DNA of 64,000 bases from a virus. The position numbers and the translations under genes were made by a program. Below are positions 55,998 to 64,000 of this stretch, in pieces. Numbering within the stretch: the first letter of the stretch is position 1; every line of letters begins with the position of its first letter. The stretch spans positions 30,225-94,224 of the IMG/VR virus record IMGVR_UViG_3300031715_000003; one strand, 5' to 3'. The notes below the pieces were generated by a model. That model had not been told where the DNA came from. It did not search any database and worked only from the letters and a program-made list of their open reading frames with translations.

Positions 55998-56366
55998 TTG
56001 AAACAGTTATTGTTCGTTTTGATGGCCGTGGCGGGATTCTCCCAGGAGTCTGGGGAGACCGCTCCAAAGCCAGAGGCCAAAAAGGAATACCTACTGACCA
56101 AAGAGGAATCGCTAACGGTGAAGCTCGATATCGCGCAGATCCAACTCCTCAATGAGAAATACAAGATTGATGACTACAACAAGGAAATAAAGCCCTGGAG
56201 CGCGGAACAGGAAGATGTCATCACGAAAGCCTGCATGAAGGTAGGGGTCGCCAAGGATAAGATCCGGAGCGACTGTGGGGTCTCGTTGGGGGCGAAGGAT
56301 CAGGCCGGAAACGAACTCCCCGCGAAGGTGTGGAAGATCGAGAAGGTGACGGCTCCGGCCAAATAA
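55998..56366 (+). CDS. Secreted helical protein (possible fibre chaperone)
   Basis: Leader ending GFS-Q; one Cys pair. Confidence 0.7.
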   Translation: MKQLLFVLMAVAGFSQESGETAPKPEAKKEYLLTKEESLTVKLDIAQIQLLNEKYKIDDYNKEIKPWSAEQEDVITKACMKVGVAKDKIRSDCGVSLGAKDQAGNELPAKVWKIEKVTAPAK

Positions 56367-56368
56367 AT

Positions 56369-57118
56369 ATGCGGTGGATCGCTGCAATTTGTCTGACTGG
56401 CGGCCTTGGGGCGCAATCCCTCACGACCGTAACCGACACCATCACCTGGGCCAACGGCGTGATGCCGAACGGCTACGCAACGATCCGTTGGCAACGATTC
56501 CTCAATGCTTCGAAACAGGTGGTGGCACCTAATTCCGTCGGCCTCGTTGTCCCGGTCACGAGTGGGGCCTTTAGCGTGCTGTTGACACCGACCGACACGG
56601 CAGTCCCGGTGGGGAGTTGCTATTCGGTAGCGTACTCCCTGAATGGAACCAACTATACCCGCACCTGGAATGTCCCTACCACTACGAACCAGGTCGGGTT
56701 GAGCGTTGTGGAGAGCGATACGCCCTGCACTCCCCAAACGGCCGCCGCGGTGGCGCTCTCGCAGTTGACCAACTCAGGCGCCAAGACCGGACAGGTCATC
56801 GCCTGGAACGGTGCATATTGGGCCCCGGCGCTCGGTAGCGGAAACTACGTCGGCACGGAGACTGGCACCAATAACGCATGGGCCATAGCGTTGACCGATG
56901 CCTCGGGGAATGCCGTCTCGCTGGTGGCCGGACTCGAGGTATGCGTGCAGTCGACCCACACGCTTCAGGCTGGGGCCAATACGCTGTCGTTCAACGGCAC
57001 GGCCAAGAACATCAAGAGCCACCTCAACAGCGGGAACAACATTGCGACCGCGCACTCGGGGCCGGGAATCGGATGCTTCATGTACGACGGAACGGGCTGG
57101 GAGGATTTAAGTGAATAA
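56369..57118 (+). CDS. Signal-peptide tail/virion accessory protein
   Basis: Leader ending LGA-Q; GAFSVLLTPT; GAKTGQVIAWNG; C-domain shared with 37594. Confidence 0.75.
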   Translation: MRWIAAICLTGGLGAQSLTTVTDTITWANGVMPNGYATIRWQRFLNASKQVVAPNSVGLVVPVTSGAFSVLLTPTDTAVPVGSCYSVAYSLNGTNYTRTWNVPTTTNQVGLSVVESDTPCTPQTAAAVALSQLTNSGAKTGQVIAWNGAYWAPALGSGNYVGTETGTNNAWAIALTDASGNAVSLVAGLEVCVQSTHTLQAGANTLSFNGTAKNIKSHLNSGNNIATAHSGPGIGCFMYDGTGWEDLSE

Positions 57119-60100
57119 AACATATACGGCGCTGCTGCTTCTGGCGGCCGGCTCCTACGGACAGGTCATCAACAATGGAGGAGGCGGGGGGGGAGGCGGA
57201 ACTCCCTTTATACCGGGTGGCCAAAATGGTGGCGTCTACCAGAATGTGGGGGGGAATCCTCAGGCAACCGCTACAGGAGGTGCCGGAACTCTCTGTTTCG
57301 TTGAAACTAATGGTGGAATACCGACGTGGGGTTCGTGCTCCGGCTCAGCCGCCACGGCGTGGAGTTCCCTCACGAATCCCTCCGCCAACGAAGCGCTAAA
57401 TATGGGGACCAACACCACCACCTTTACGCTCGGGACAGGCACGGGAACCAATAGCGGCTTCCTCTTCCAGGACACGACTGGCAATACGGGGACCGGCCCC
57501 GTTCTTCAGGTCGCAACTATTGGGACATCCACGATGTTGCCTGTTCAGATCACGGCCAAGGGAACGGCCAATGGCATCAACATGACGGCCGCAGGGCTCC
57601 TCCAAGCGATCGGCACTGGCGGCATCAACGCCACCCAAATCGCCGGCGCCGCACTCGGAACCACGACAGCCACCTCCGGCAACCTACTGATCGGCTCCGG
57701 TTCGCAATGGGTGACAGAACCACTCTCCCAGGACTGCACACTCTCCAGCGCGGGAGTCATTACGTGCCTCAAGACCAACGGAACGCTATTCACCGGAGCC
57801 GCAACGATGTCGCTCCCGGTATCGGTAGCCAACGGAGGGACGGGCGTCTCTACGCTGCCAGGCACCAGTGGTCAGTGCCTCATCAATAACTCGGGAGCGT
57901 TTGGAGCAGTGGCGTGCGGTGGCCTCACGCTTCAGACCAATGGGACCAACAACTCCAGCCAGACGACGCTCAACATACAGAACGGCACGGCAGCAAACGG
58001 CGTGAACGTCATGTTCAGTAATCCGAGTGCAGGCAACGTTAAGCCAGCGGTATTATTCACCAACAGTTTGAGCAGTTCATCAATCCTGGCTACGGATTCC
58101 AGCGGAAATGTCTCTACGCCAGCCAGTCCGGCCTGCAGCACTTATTTTTCGGGATGCAGCGGCGGAGGCGGCATCACTCAGTTGACGAGCGATGTTACGG
58201 CAGGTCCAGGAAGTGGATCTCAGGCCGCAACGATTCAGCCAGGTGTCGTTACGCTCGCGAAGATGGCTAATCTCACGGCCAACAGCATCATCGGGAACAA
58301 CAACGGATCTCCCGCCACGCCTATCGCGTTAACGGAGACGCAGGTCACGGCCATGTTGAATCCCTTCAGCAGCAGCCTCAAGGGTGTTGCCCCGGCATCC
58401 GGCGGAGGTACGACAAACTTCTTGCGCGCGGACGGGACGTGGGCGACCCCTCCAGGTGGAGGATCGGGCTGCAATCCCTCGGGCGGTGCCGGGGTTGTTC
58501 AGGCGTCCAACGGAAGCGGTGCGTGCCAGAACACCAGCATTACCGACAACGGGACTACGGTCAGCACGACAGAACCTATTAGCGCTGGTGGGACTATTAC
58601 GGCAGGCGGCTCAGGAGCGGGCGCTTTCGTTTTCCCCCAAGGGACCACGCAATCGGCCGCGAGCGGAACGTTTGTATTGCAAGCCCCACCAACGATCACG
58701 ACGCCCTATGAGTTGACGAGTTTCACAGCGCCGGGAACGGGATTACAATTTTGGACCAACACTAGCGGCAATATGCAAGCATCGTTGGTTACCTCAAGCG
58801 CAGCATGCTCGACATACTTCACGGGCTGTAGTGGAAGCACTGGAGTCTCCTCACTGAATACCTTGACTGGTGCGCTCACTATCGCGGCTGGTACCAATAT
58901 CACGGTCACGCCTTCCGGGGGCAATACCTTGACGATCGCGGCAGCAGGTAGCGGAGGAAGCGGCCTAATCAACACCGTAGCGACGGACTTCAGTATGACG
59001 GTTACCAGCGGAACGGTCCTAACGATGAGCGCCGGCACTTACGGCATCGGCTACGCGCAATACACCACTTTCGGGAGTACGACGTATACCCTATACCAGC
59101 GCACAATTTCCACAATTTCCTCAGCCACGCAAGCCGTCCTCACGCTGTCCTCGGCCCTTGCCAACTCTATCGCTGTCGGGGACACCTACTACGTGAGCGG
59201 GGCCACAGGGAGTGGATGCACGGGGCTGAATGGGCTCCAGACCGTGGTGAACATCGGCGGGGGCGGAACCCTCATCACCATCAACTACAACTCGATGGGC
59301 TGCACCTATGGAGCTTCCAGCGCGACATTCGGTGCGAATCCAGGCGCATCAGGAACTGGATACATCTACGGCGATAAGCTGGGCAACCTCACCATTATGA
59401 TGCCTGCAAGCGCCGGGATTTTAGTGAGCCCATCTGCTGGAATCTCGATCCAATCGGCCACTCCTGGATTCGCCGCCGGTAGTTGGCCAATCTCTCAATT
59501 CACGCTGAACAGCACGGGAAATGGCAATTGGGCGACCGCAGTCGATAAGCGCGTCTTTGCGGAAACCACCGCCCTCATCGCGTCCACCGGAATGCTGCTG
59601 AATGAAGCGGGCGGAGTCTGGACCGTAGGGATAGACCCGAGCGTAGTGCCGGAATTGGGTGCGGGCAACATTTGGACCGGATCAAGCGATTGCAGCGGAT
59701 GTGTCTATGCGGCCCCAATGCCGGTACTAGCGAGCGCTCCTGTGGCTTGTGTGGTGGGGCAGTATTACTTCAACACCGTAACCACTACGGGAAATTCCTG
59801 TATAGCAGCTAATACGTGGGGTGCGTCTCTTACAGAAAGCGCCGCTCCTATCGTCTTATCAAATAGTAGTGCGACGTCTGCCGTCACGCTGGCGACCTCT
59901 TCGATAGCTAGTGGAGACTATCTCATCACCTATGGGTTAGACCTTCATACACCCTGCACGACAGGAACTGGGCAGTTGTATCTCTCTATTGCATACGGTT
60001 CTAATGCCGCGCGAACGATCAAAACAGGAGACTGGGCATTGACGGCGACGCAGGGCGCTTCGGTACCGTTTAGTGGAGTCCTGCCTATTCATGTGGTAAC

Positions 60101-60212
60101 TGGGACAGCCGTAACCATTACTCCGACTCTAGATGCTACCGCTCCTAATGCCGGAGCTTGTACGACTGGTACGGCGACGTGGGATGGAAAGATCTGGATG
60201 GTGGGGAGCTAA
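57111..60212 (+). CDS. Long tail fibre/adhesin-like protein with signal peptide
   Basis: Leader ending SYG-Q; LPVSVANGGTG, VTLAKMAN, FLRADGTW, VSSLNTLTGA fibre motifs; many Cys. Confidence 0.85.
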   Translation: MNKTYTALLLLAAGSYGQVINNGGGGGGGGTPFIPGGQNGGVYQNVGGNPQATATGGAGTLCFVETNGGIPTWGSCSGSAATAWSSLTNPSANEALNMGTNTTTFTLGTGTGTNSGFLFQDTTGNTGTGPVLQVATIGTSTMLPVQITAKGTANGINMTAAGLLQAIGTGGINATQIAGAALGTTTATSGNLLIGSGSQWVTEPLSQDCTLSSAGVITCLKTNGTLFTGAATMSLPVSVANGGTGVSTLPGTSGQCLINNSGAFGAVACGGLTLQTNGTNNSSQTTLNIQNGTAANGVNVMFSNPSAGNVKPAVLFTNSLSSSSILATDSSGNVSTPASPACSTYFSGCSGGGGITQLTSDVTAGPGSGSQAATIQPGVVTLAKMANLTANSIIGNNNGSPATPIALTETQVTAMLNPFSSSLKGVAPASGGGTTNFLRADGTWATPPGGGSGCNPSGGAGVVQASNGSGACQNTSITDNGTTVSTTEPISAGGTITAGGSGAGAFVFPQGTTQSAASGTFVLQAPPTITTPYELTSFTAPGTGLQFWTNTSGNMQASLVTSSAACSTYFTGCSGSTGVSSLNTLTGALTIAAGTNITVTPSGGNTLTIAAAGSGGSGLINTVATDFSMTVTSGTVLTMSAGTYGIGYAQYTTFGSTTYTLYQRTISTISSATQAVLTLSSALANSIAVGDTYYVSGATGSGCTGLNGLQTVVNIGGGGTLITINYNSMGCTYGASSATFGANPGASGTGYIYGDKLGNLTIMMPASAGILVSPSAGISIQSATPGFAAGSWPISQFTLNSTGNGNWATAVDKRVFAETTALIASTGMLLNEAGGVWTVGIDPSVVPELGAGNIWTGSSDCSGCVYAAPMPVLASAPVACVVGQYYFNTVTTTGNSCIAANTWGASLTESAAPIVLSNSSATSAVTLATSSIASGDYLITYGLDLHTPCTTGTGQLYLSIAYGSNAARTIKTGDWALTATQGASVPFSGVLPIHVVTGTAVTITPTLDATAPNAGACTTGTATWDGKIWMVGS

Positions 60213-60215
60213 ATC

Positions 60216-61343
60216 ATGAAACTACTATTCGTTGTTGCACTTTACCCCGTGTTCCTGTTGGGTCAGAATGCCGCTTCTGGAACAGCTATGGGAAGCCCGA
60301 GCGGTACCGGGGCAGCTAATTTACATCTTACCAATATCGTAGACACGGCTATTACACAGCCGCTAATAACTGCCCCTGACCTTAGTAGCCTGTGGGTGGC
60401 AAACGGTGGGATTATAACCGGGGCTAGTGGCACAAACAGGCTTGTAGTCCAGAACTCCTCTTTAGACGCTTCCGGTATGAGCGCACCAGGAGTAACGCAG
60501 TTCGTTGGAACAATTGTTAATTCCACGTCACCTGACCCTAATGGTTATTGGGGACTTTATGCAGAGACATTGATTCCCACCACGAGCACCGTTAATTATA
60601 CTGGGTCAGATTATCTAGCACTCTATGGAGAATTCGATCACTTCGGAACCGGAAACGTGAGTAACGGAGTGGGTGTGGATGCGGAGTCATATGTAGAGGC
60701 TGGAGGAACCGCTACTAGCTTAGTAGGTCTTGAAGCGTTTTCTGGCAATTATGGAACTGGTCTAGTTACAGAGGCGGATGCTGTATACGCTGCCGTAAAC
60801 GGACCAGGCCCAATTACTACCGGTATAGGCGTGCACATAGACGCACCTGTAGCCGGTGGGGCTCCAGTGAATCTGGTGGGTTTACAGATTGAGAATCAAA
60901 CATCCGGGACGGGTACTAATTTTGCAATCAAGACAGGACTCGGAAAGGTACAATTCGGAGATGCGTTAGCGGTAACCGGTGCTTTCACGGTCGGAGCAGG
61001 GGCACCTCTTCCACCATGCGCGGACGCTGGAGGATCTCACCTGAACTGGACTAGCACAGGCGGTTTCGCGTGCGGAATAACCGTGGGCAGCAACCCGAAG
61101 GGCACGCTTTCGTGGGATTTTGGAGCGCTAAACGATGGGTCATGCAACAGCAAGACCTTGCCGTTGGGAGGAGCCTCATTAGGAGACCCGATCACCCCGG
61201 GATTTCCGGCAATTGCTTTCGCGGGTGCGATGACAATGTTTGTGAGCGCTATAGATACGGTGCAAGTAACGGTCTGCAATTTCTCTGGAAGTACTTCGGC
61301 CGATCCTGGAATATTAGCATTTATCGCAGAGGATACAAAATGA
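60216..61343 (+). CDS. Signal-peptide fibre-like protein
   Basis: Leader ending LLG-Q; beta-solenoid-like; WDFGAL...GASLGD...VSAIDTVQV. Confidence 0.75.
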   Translation: MKLLFVVALYPVFLLGQNAASGTAMGSPSGTGAANLHLTNIVDTAITQPLITAPDLSSLWVANGGIITGASGTNRLVVQNSSLDASGMSAPGVTQFVGTIVNSTSPDPNGYWGLYAETLIPTTSTVNYTGSDYLALYGEFDHFGTGNVSNGVGVDAESYVEAGGTATSLVGLEAFSGNYGTGLVTEADAVYAAVNGPGPITTGIGVHIDAPVAGGAPVNLVGLQIENQTSGTGTNFAIKTGLGKVQFGDALAVTGAFTVGAGAPLPPCADAGGSHLNWTSTGGFACGITVGSNPKGTLSWDFGALNDGSCNSKTLPLGGASLGDPITPGFPAIAFAGAMTMFVSAIDTVQVTVCNFSGSTSADPGILAFIAEDTK

Positions 61344-62938
61344 AGTCGTTAGTCATATTATTTACTTGTACCTGGTGTTGCTGTGCTCAGATACCAACTC
61401 TTGGCCTCAAGGTGCAATATGATGGCGTCACAGTAGGGAGTGGGGCGCTGACGGATCTTTCTGGTAATGGAAATAACTGCACCCTAACTGGCACAACACA
61501 GGTGGCGCAGGGAACCACCTTCAACGGCACAAGTGATATTTGCCAGTACACACCTGTTCTATCTGGGAATACTGACTTCACGATGCTTATTATAATGACT
61601 GGCTCCAATAATAATATCGTGTGGGAAGAAGCCGATTCCGCTAACGCTAATCACGCGCGCATGGGGCCTCAAGGAAACATTTCTGAATTGGTTGGTAGTG
61701 GAGGGTCTGCTGCTGTGCCGAACAACTTTTTGGCGCACTATGTGAATGGCGAATACCACGGCTATATCTTCCAGAGAGCCGGACGAAGCCTAAAATCGGG
61801 AAACATAGAGTCACCTTACTCCGTAACGTTGGACCTTGGAGGTAACCCGACTTTCACGGCTACCTGCGCCACCATTGGAGCACAGGGTTTTGGTGCTGGA
61901 TGCACAAGCCACAATGTCTACTGGGCGGGAACGATGGCTTATTTTCTTCTCTACGCGCGCGCTCTGTCCTTGAGCGAGATTCAGGCGGCTTATACGGCGA
62001 TTCAGGCAGCGGTTGTATCGCGACCGGTATTTATTCAGGATTATCACGCGTCCTTCCCTGTAACTGGCACGGTATATCAGAGACAGGGAGTGATGATTGA
62101 ATCTGGTCAACCGATAGAACCTACTATCGTTTGGGACTACACGGCTAATATCTGCAAAATGTGGATGTCAAGTGGAAGTAACATCGCATACTCAACATCT
62201 CCGGACTGTAAGAGCGCCTGGGCGACACCTACAACAGTGCTCAACGGTTATGGGGCCTCTTACGTTATACGTGTTGATTCTACGCATTATAAGATGTCAG
62301 CCCTGAACCGGTCCACTCTTGTAATAGACACCCTTACTTCATCGGACGGCCTAACCTGGACAGTATTAACCGCTGGCGCGATTCCTTTAGGTAGCTCAGG
62401 AGCGTGGGACAGCAATACAGTATATAACAGCGCGTGGTTGCGAGTTGACGCAACGCATTCGTATATGATCTATGAGGCTAAGGGGCCTTTAGGGATATTT
62501 CAATGCGGTGGCGCTACCTCGTCAGATGATGGAGCGTCTTGGACAAAAGTATCGGCCAACCCAATCATAGGTATCGGAGGAAATTGCAGCTATCCAATGC
62601 TATGGCAGTCACCTTCAGGACATTGGTATATGTGGGGTGGTCCGAATATATCAGGAGCATCGGGGAATGGCATGACTCGCTGGGATGCCTCCTCATTCAA
62701 TTCATTTTGGACGCCTATGCCGATGCCTCAATTTTTAGGGACTGCGCCGGATGAAGCGGTAGGATCATCAGGGCAAGCAGCCGACGTGATGCTAATGGGA
62801 GGTCCTACCGGAAATCAGACGTACTTATTCTATTCAGCGGTAATCTCGGGCGTTCAAGCCATAAAGTTGGCAATCGCCCAGATGCCTATGTCTCAATTAG
62901 TTCTTACCTCAGAAGGAGCAACATCCAGTGTTCCGTAA
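61340..62938 (+). CDS. Secreted LamG/ConA-like plus beta-propeller glycosidase-like protein
   Basis: Leader ending CCA-Q; DLSGNGN, YARALSLSEI; Asp-box-like SSDGLTW, SSDDGASW. Confidence 0.75.
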   Translation: MKSLVILFTCTWCCCAQIPTLGLKVQYDGVTVGSGALTDLSGNGNNCTLTGTTQVAQGTTFNGTSDICQYTPVLSGNTDFTMLIIMTGSNNNIVWEEADSANANHARMGPQGNISELVGSGGSAAVPNNFLAHYVNGEYHGYIFQRAGRSLKSGNIESPYSVTLDLGGNPTFTATCATIGAQGFGAGCTSHNVYWAGTMAYFLLYARALSLSEIQAAYTAIQAAVVSRPVFIQDYHASFPVTGTVYQRQGVMIESGQPIEPTIVWDYTANICKMWMSSGSNIAYSTSPDCKSAWATPTTVLNGYGASYVIRVDSTHYKMSALNRSTLVIDTLTSSDGLTWTVLTAGAIPLGSSGAWDSNTVYNSAWLRVDATHSYMIYEAKGPLGIFQCGGATSSDDGASWTKVSANPIIGIGGNCSYPMLWQSPSGHWYMWGGPNISGASGNGMTRWDASSFNSFWTPMPMPQFLGTAPDEAVGSSGQAADVMLMGGPTGNQTYLFYSAVISGVQAIKLAIAQMPMSQLVLTSEGATSSVP

Positions 62939-63377
62939 GCTTCTTTATGCGTTTCTTGCATTTCCTCTATTGGCTCAACCGCCCACTATTCGTGGGACGC
63001 TCGGCAGCGGATACGTGTTGCTCGGAAAACTGGTGTCCGCAAATCTAAACGTCACTACCGATCAGGCCATCACGGTCACTATTCCAGGAGGAGCAAGCAA
63101 GTACCAAGTGCAGAGCGTCACAATTACGAATGCCTCGACATCGTTGGGCGCGGGCCTCGCGGTGGGGGCGATATACACGGCGGCCTCCAAGGGCGGAACT
63201 GCGCTGTATTCAGCGGCTACAGTCTACACGAGCCTAACGGCAGCGACCGCGATTTATAACCCGGCCATCACAATAGCCACGTCCGCCAATGCGACAACGC
63301 TCTACTTCTCGCTCACGACGGCGAATGGATCGGCGGCCACTGCGGATGTGTACGTGTTCGGAACTCCTTTGCCATGA
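62928..63377 (+). CDS. Signal-peptide virion accessory protein
   Basis: Leader ending LLA-Q; ANLNVTTDQAI...LYFSLTTA...ATADVYVFG. Confidence 0.75.
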   Translation: MFRKLLYAFLAFPLLAQPPTIRGTLGSGYVLLGKLVSANLNVTTDQAITVTIPGGASKYQVQSVTITNASTSLGAGLAVGAIYTAASKGGTALYSAATVYTSLTAATAIYNPAITIATSANATTLYFSLTTANGSAATADVYVFGTPLP

Positions 63378-63987
63378 GAAATACAAAACTGAAGGTCATC
63401 TCGTTATTGATACTCGTTGCATTTCCGACTACGGCTAAACGAAGCGGCGGCGGCAATCCAACGCCGTGCTCGCCGTGCGTGCTCTCACTGGTCGCGAAAG
63501 ACTGGGAGCTGTCCACCTGGGTCTCCTCAGTGCCGACAATCCCCGTGAAGGACACCTCAACTGGCGCGTTGGAGTTCTCGTTCCCGCAGGCGTCTACAAA
63601 CACTTGGGCTGCGTATCTAACCTATTACACGGCCAAGCCCTACGACATCAGCGCCAATCATACGCTCTCGACTACGGTACAAGTTGACGTAACGGGTTCG
63701 CCGACATTCAACTACATGAGCGAAAGCTTCAACACCTGCGTGGTTCCGGCAAGCGCACGCCCGATGATCTGGGGCGCTGGCACGACGGCTCTTCCCGATG
63801 GCCGGTGGTGGTCGGATAACGTGGTCTATACGATAGTGCCCGGCACGGACACTCTAACGGTATCGCTCGACCCGAACATAAATTCGTGGTCCAACTCGAA
63901 TGGACAGATAGCAACCGAGGATGCCGATACGCTGGCGGCGTTTCAAGCGGCGCTCAAGAGCACGCAGTACTTGGCGCTGACATTCGG
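63374..63987 (+). CDS. Secreted carbohydrate-binding-like protein, truncated at contig end
   Basis: Open frame from ATGA overlap; MRNTKLKVISLLILVAFPTTA leader. Confidence 0.6.
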
Positions 63988-64000
63988 AGATCGGAAGAGC
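63988..64000 (+). other. Illumina adapter remnant
   Basis: Exact AGATCGGAAGAGC at the terminus. Confidence 0.95.

Larger units (their letters stand above)
1..63987. mobile_element. Partial P22-like phage/prophage genome
   Basis: Gene order TerS, TerL, portal, scaffold, P22-type coat, gp4/gp10-like tail, ejection proteins, tail fibres; no host housekeeping genes. Confidence 0.95.

Noticed and set aside
389-56321. CRISPR array suggested by GTTCTCCCC (resembles the start of type I-E repeats)
   Set aside because: No full 28-30 nt repeats, no regular spacing, both orientations, many copies inside genes.
1-64000. tRNA, rRNA, integrase/att sites, endolysin
   Set aside because: None recognisable by eye; the papain-like 11739 ORF could be a wall hydrolase but this is unsupported.

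Overview
The window is a partial genome of a P22-like (short-tailed, headful-type) phage or prophage. It is GC-rich and probably comes from a soil metagenome. The host is possibly Acidobacteriota, inferred only from signal-peptide style. Layout: a leftward operon of small early genes (1-6.1 kb); TerS; about 12 kb of accessory genes; TerL; portal, scaffold and coat; tail hub and ejection proteins; then a run of tail-fibre/adhesin-like genes up to the contig end, which finishes in an Illumina adapter. No integrase, replicase, clear endolysin, tRNA or CRISPR array was seen. Main discovery: a promoter-driven module at 50.15-52.40 kb encodes a stand-alone Cas7/RAMP-like protein interleaved with six non-coding arrays of strict 5-nt period (near-constant N-[G/T]-C plus two variable bases, mostly ending CGCAAGG). 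Two more such arrays sit at 10.9 kb and 20.8 kb as free-standing promoter-array-hairpin RNA genes. Reading only the variable dinucleotides of one array, reverse-complementing and skipping every third base matches the neighbouring gene at 20 of 24 nt, in codon register. This points to an RNA-guided system with a gapped (non-contiguous) code. Other notable items: Sec signal peptides on nearly all decoration and tail-fibre genes; a strongly over-represented dispersed motif (GTTCTCCCC); four conserved SD-sequestering leader hairpins; accessory genes containing fragments of the phage's own late proteins; a GroES with a zinc finger in its roof; a circularly permuted histidine phosphatase inside the giant ejection protein; and a homing endonuclease insertion that duplicated a gene start. 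All counts and alignments were done by hand.
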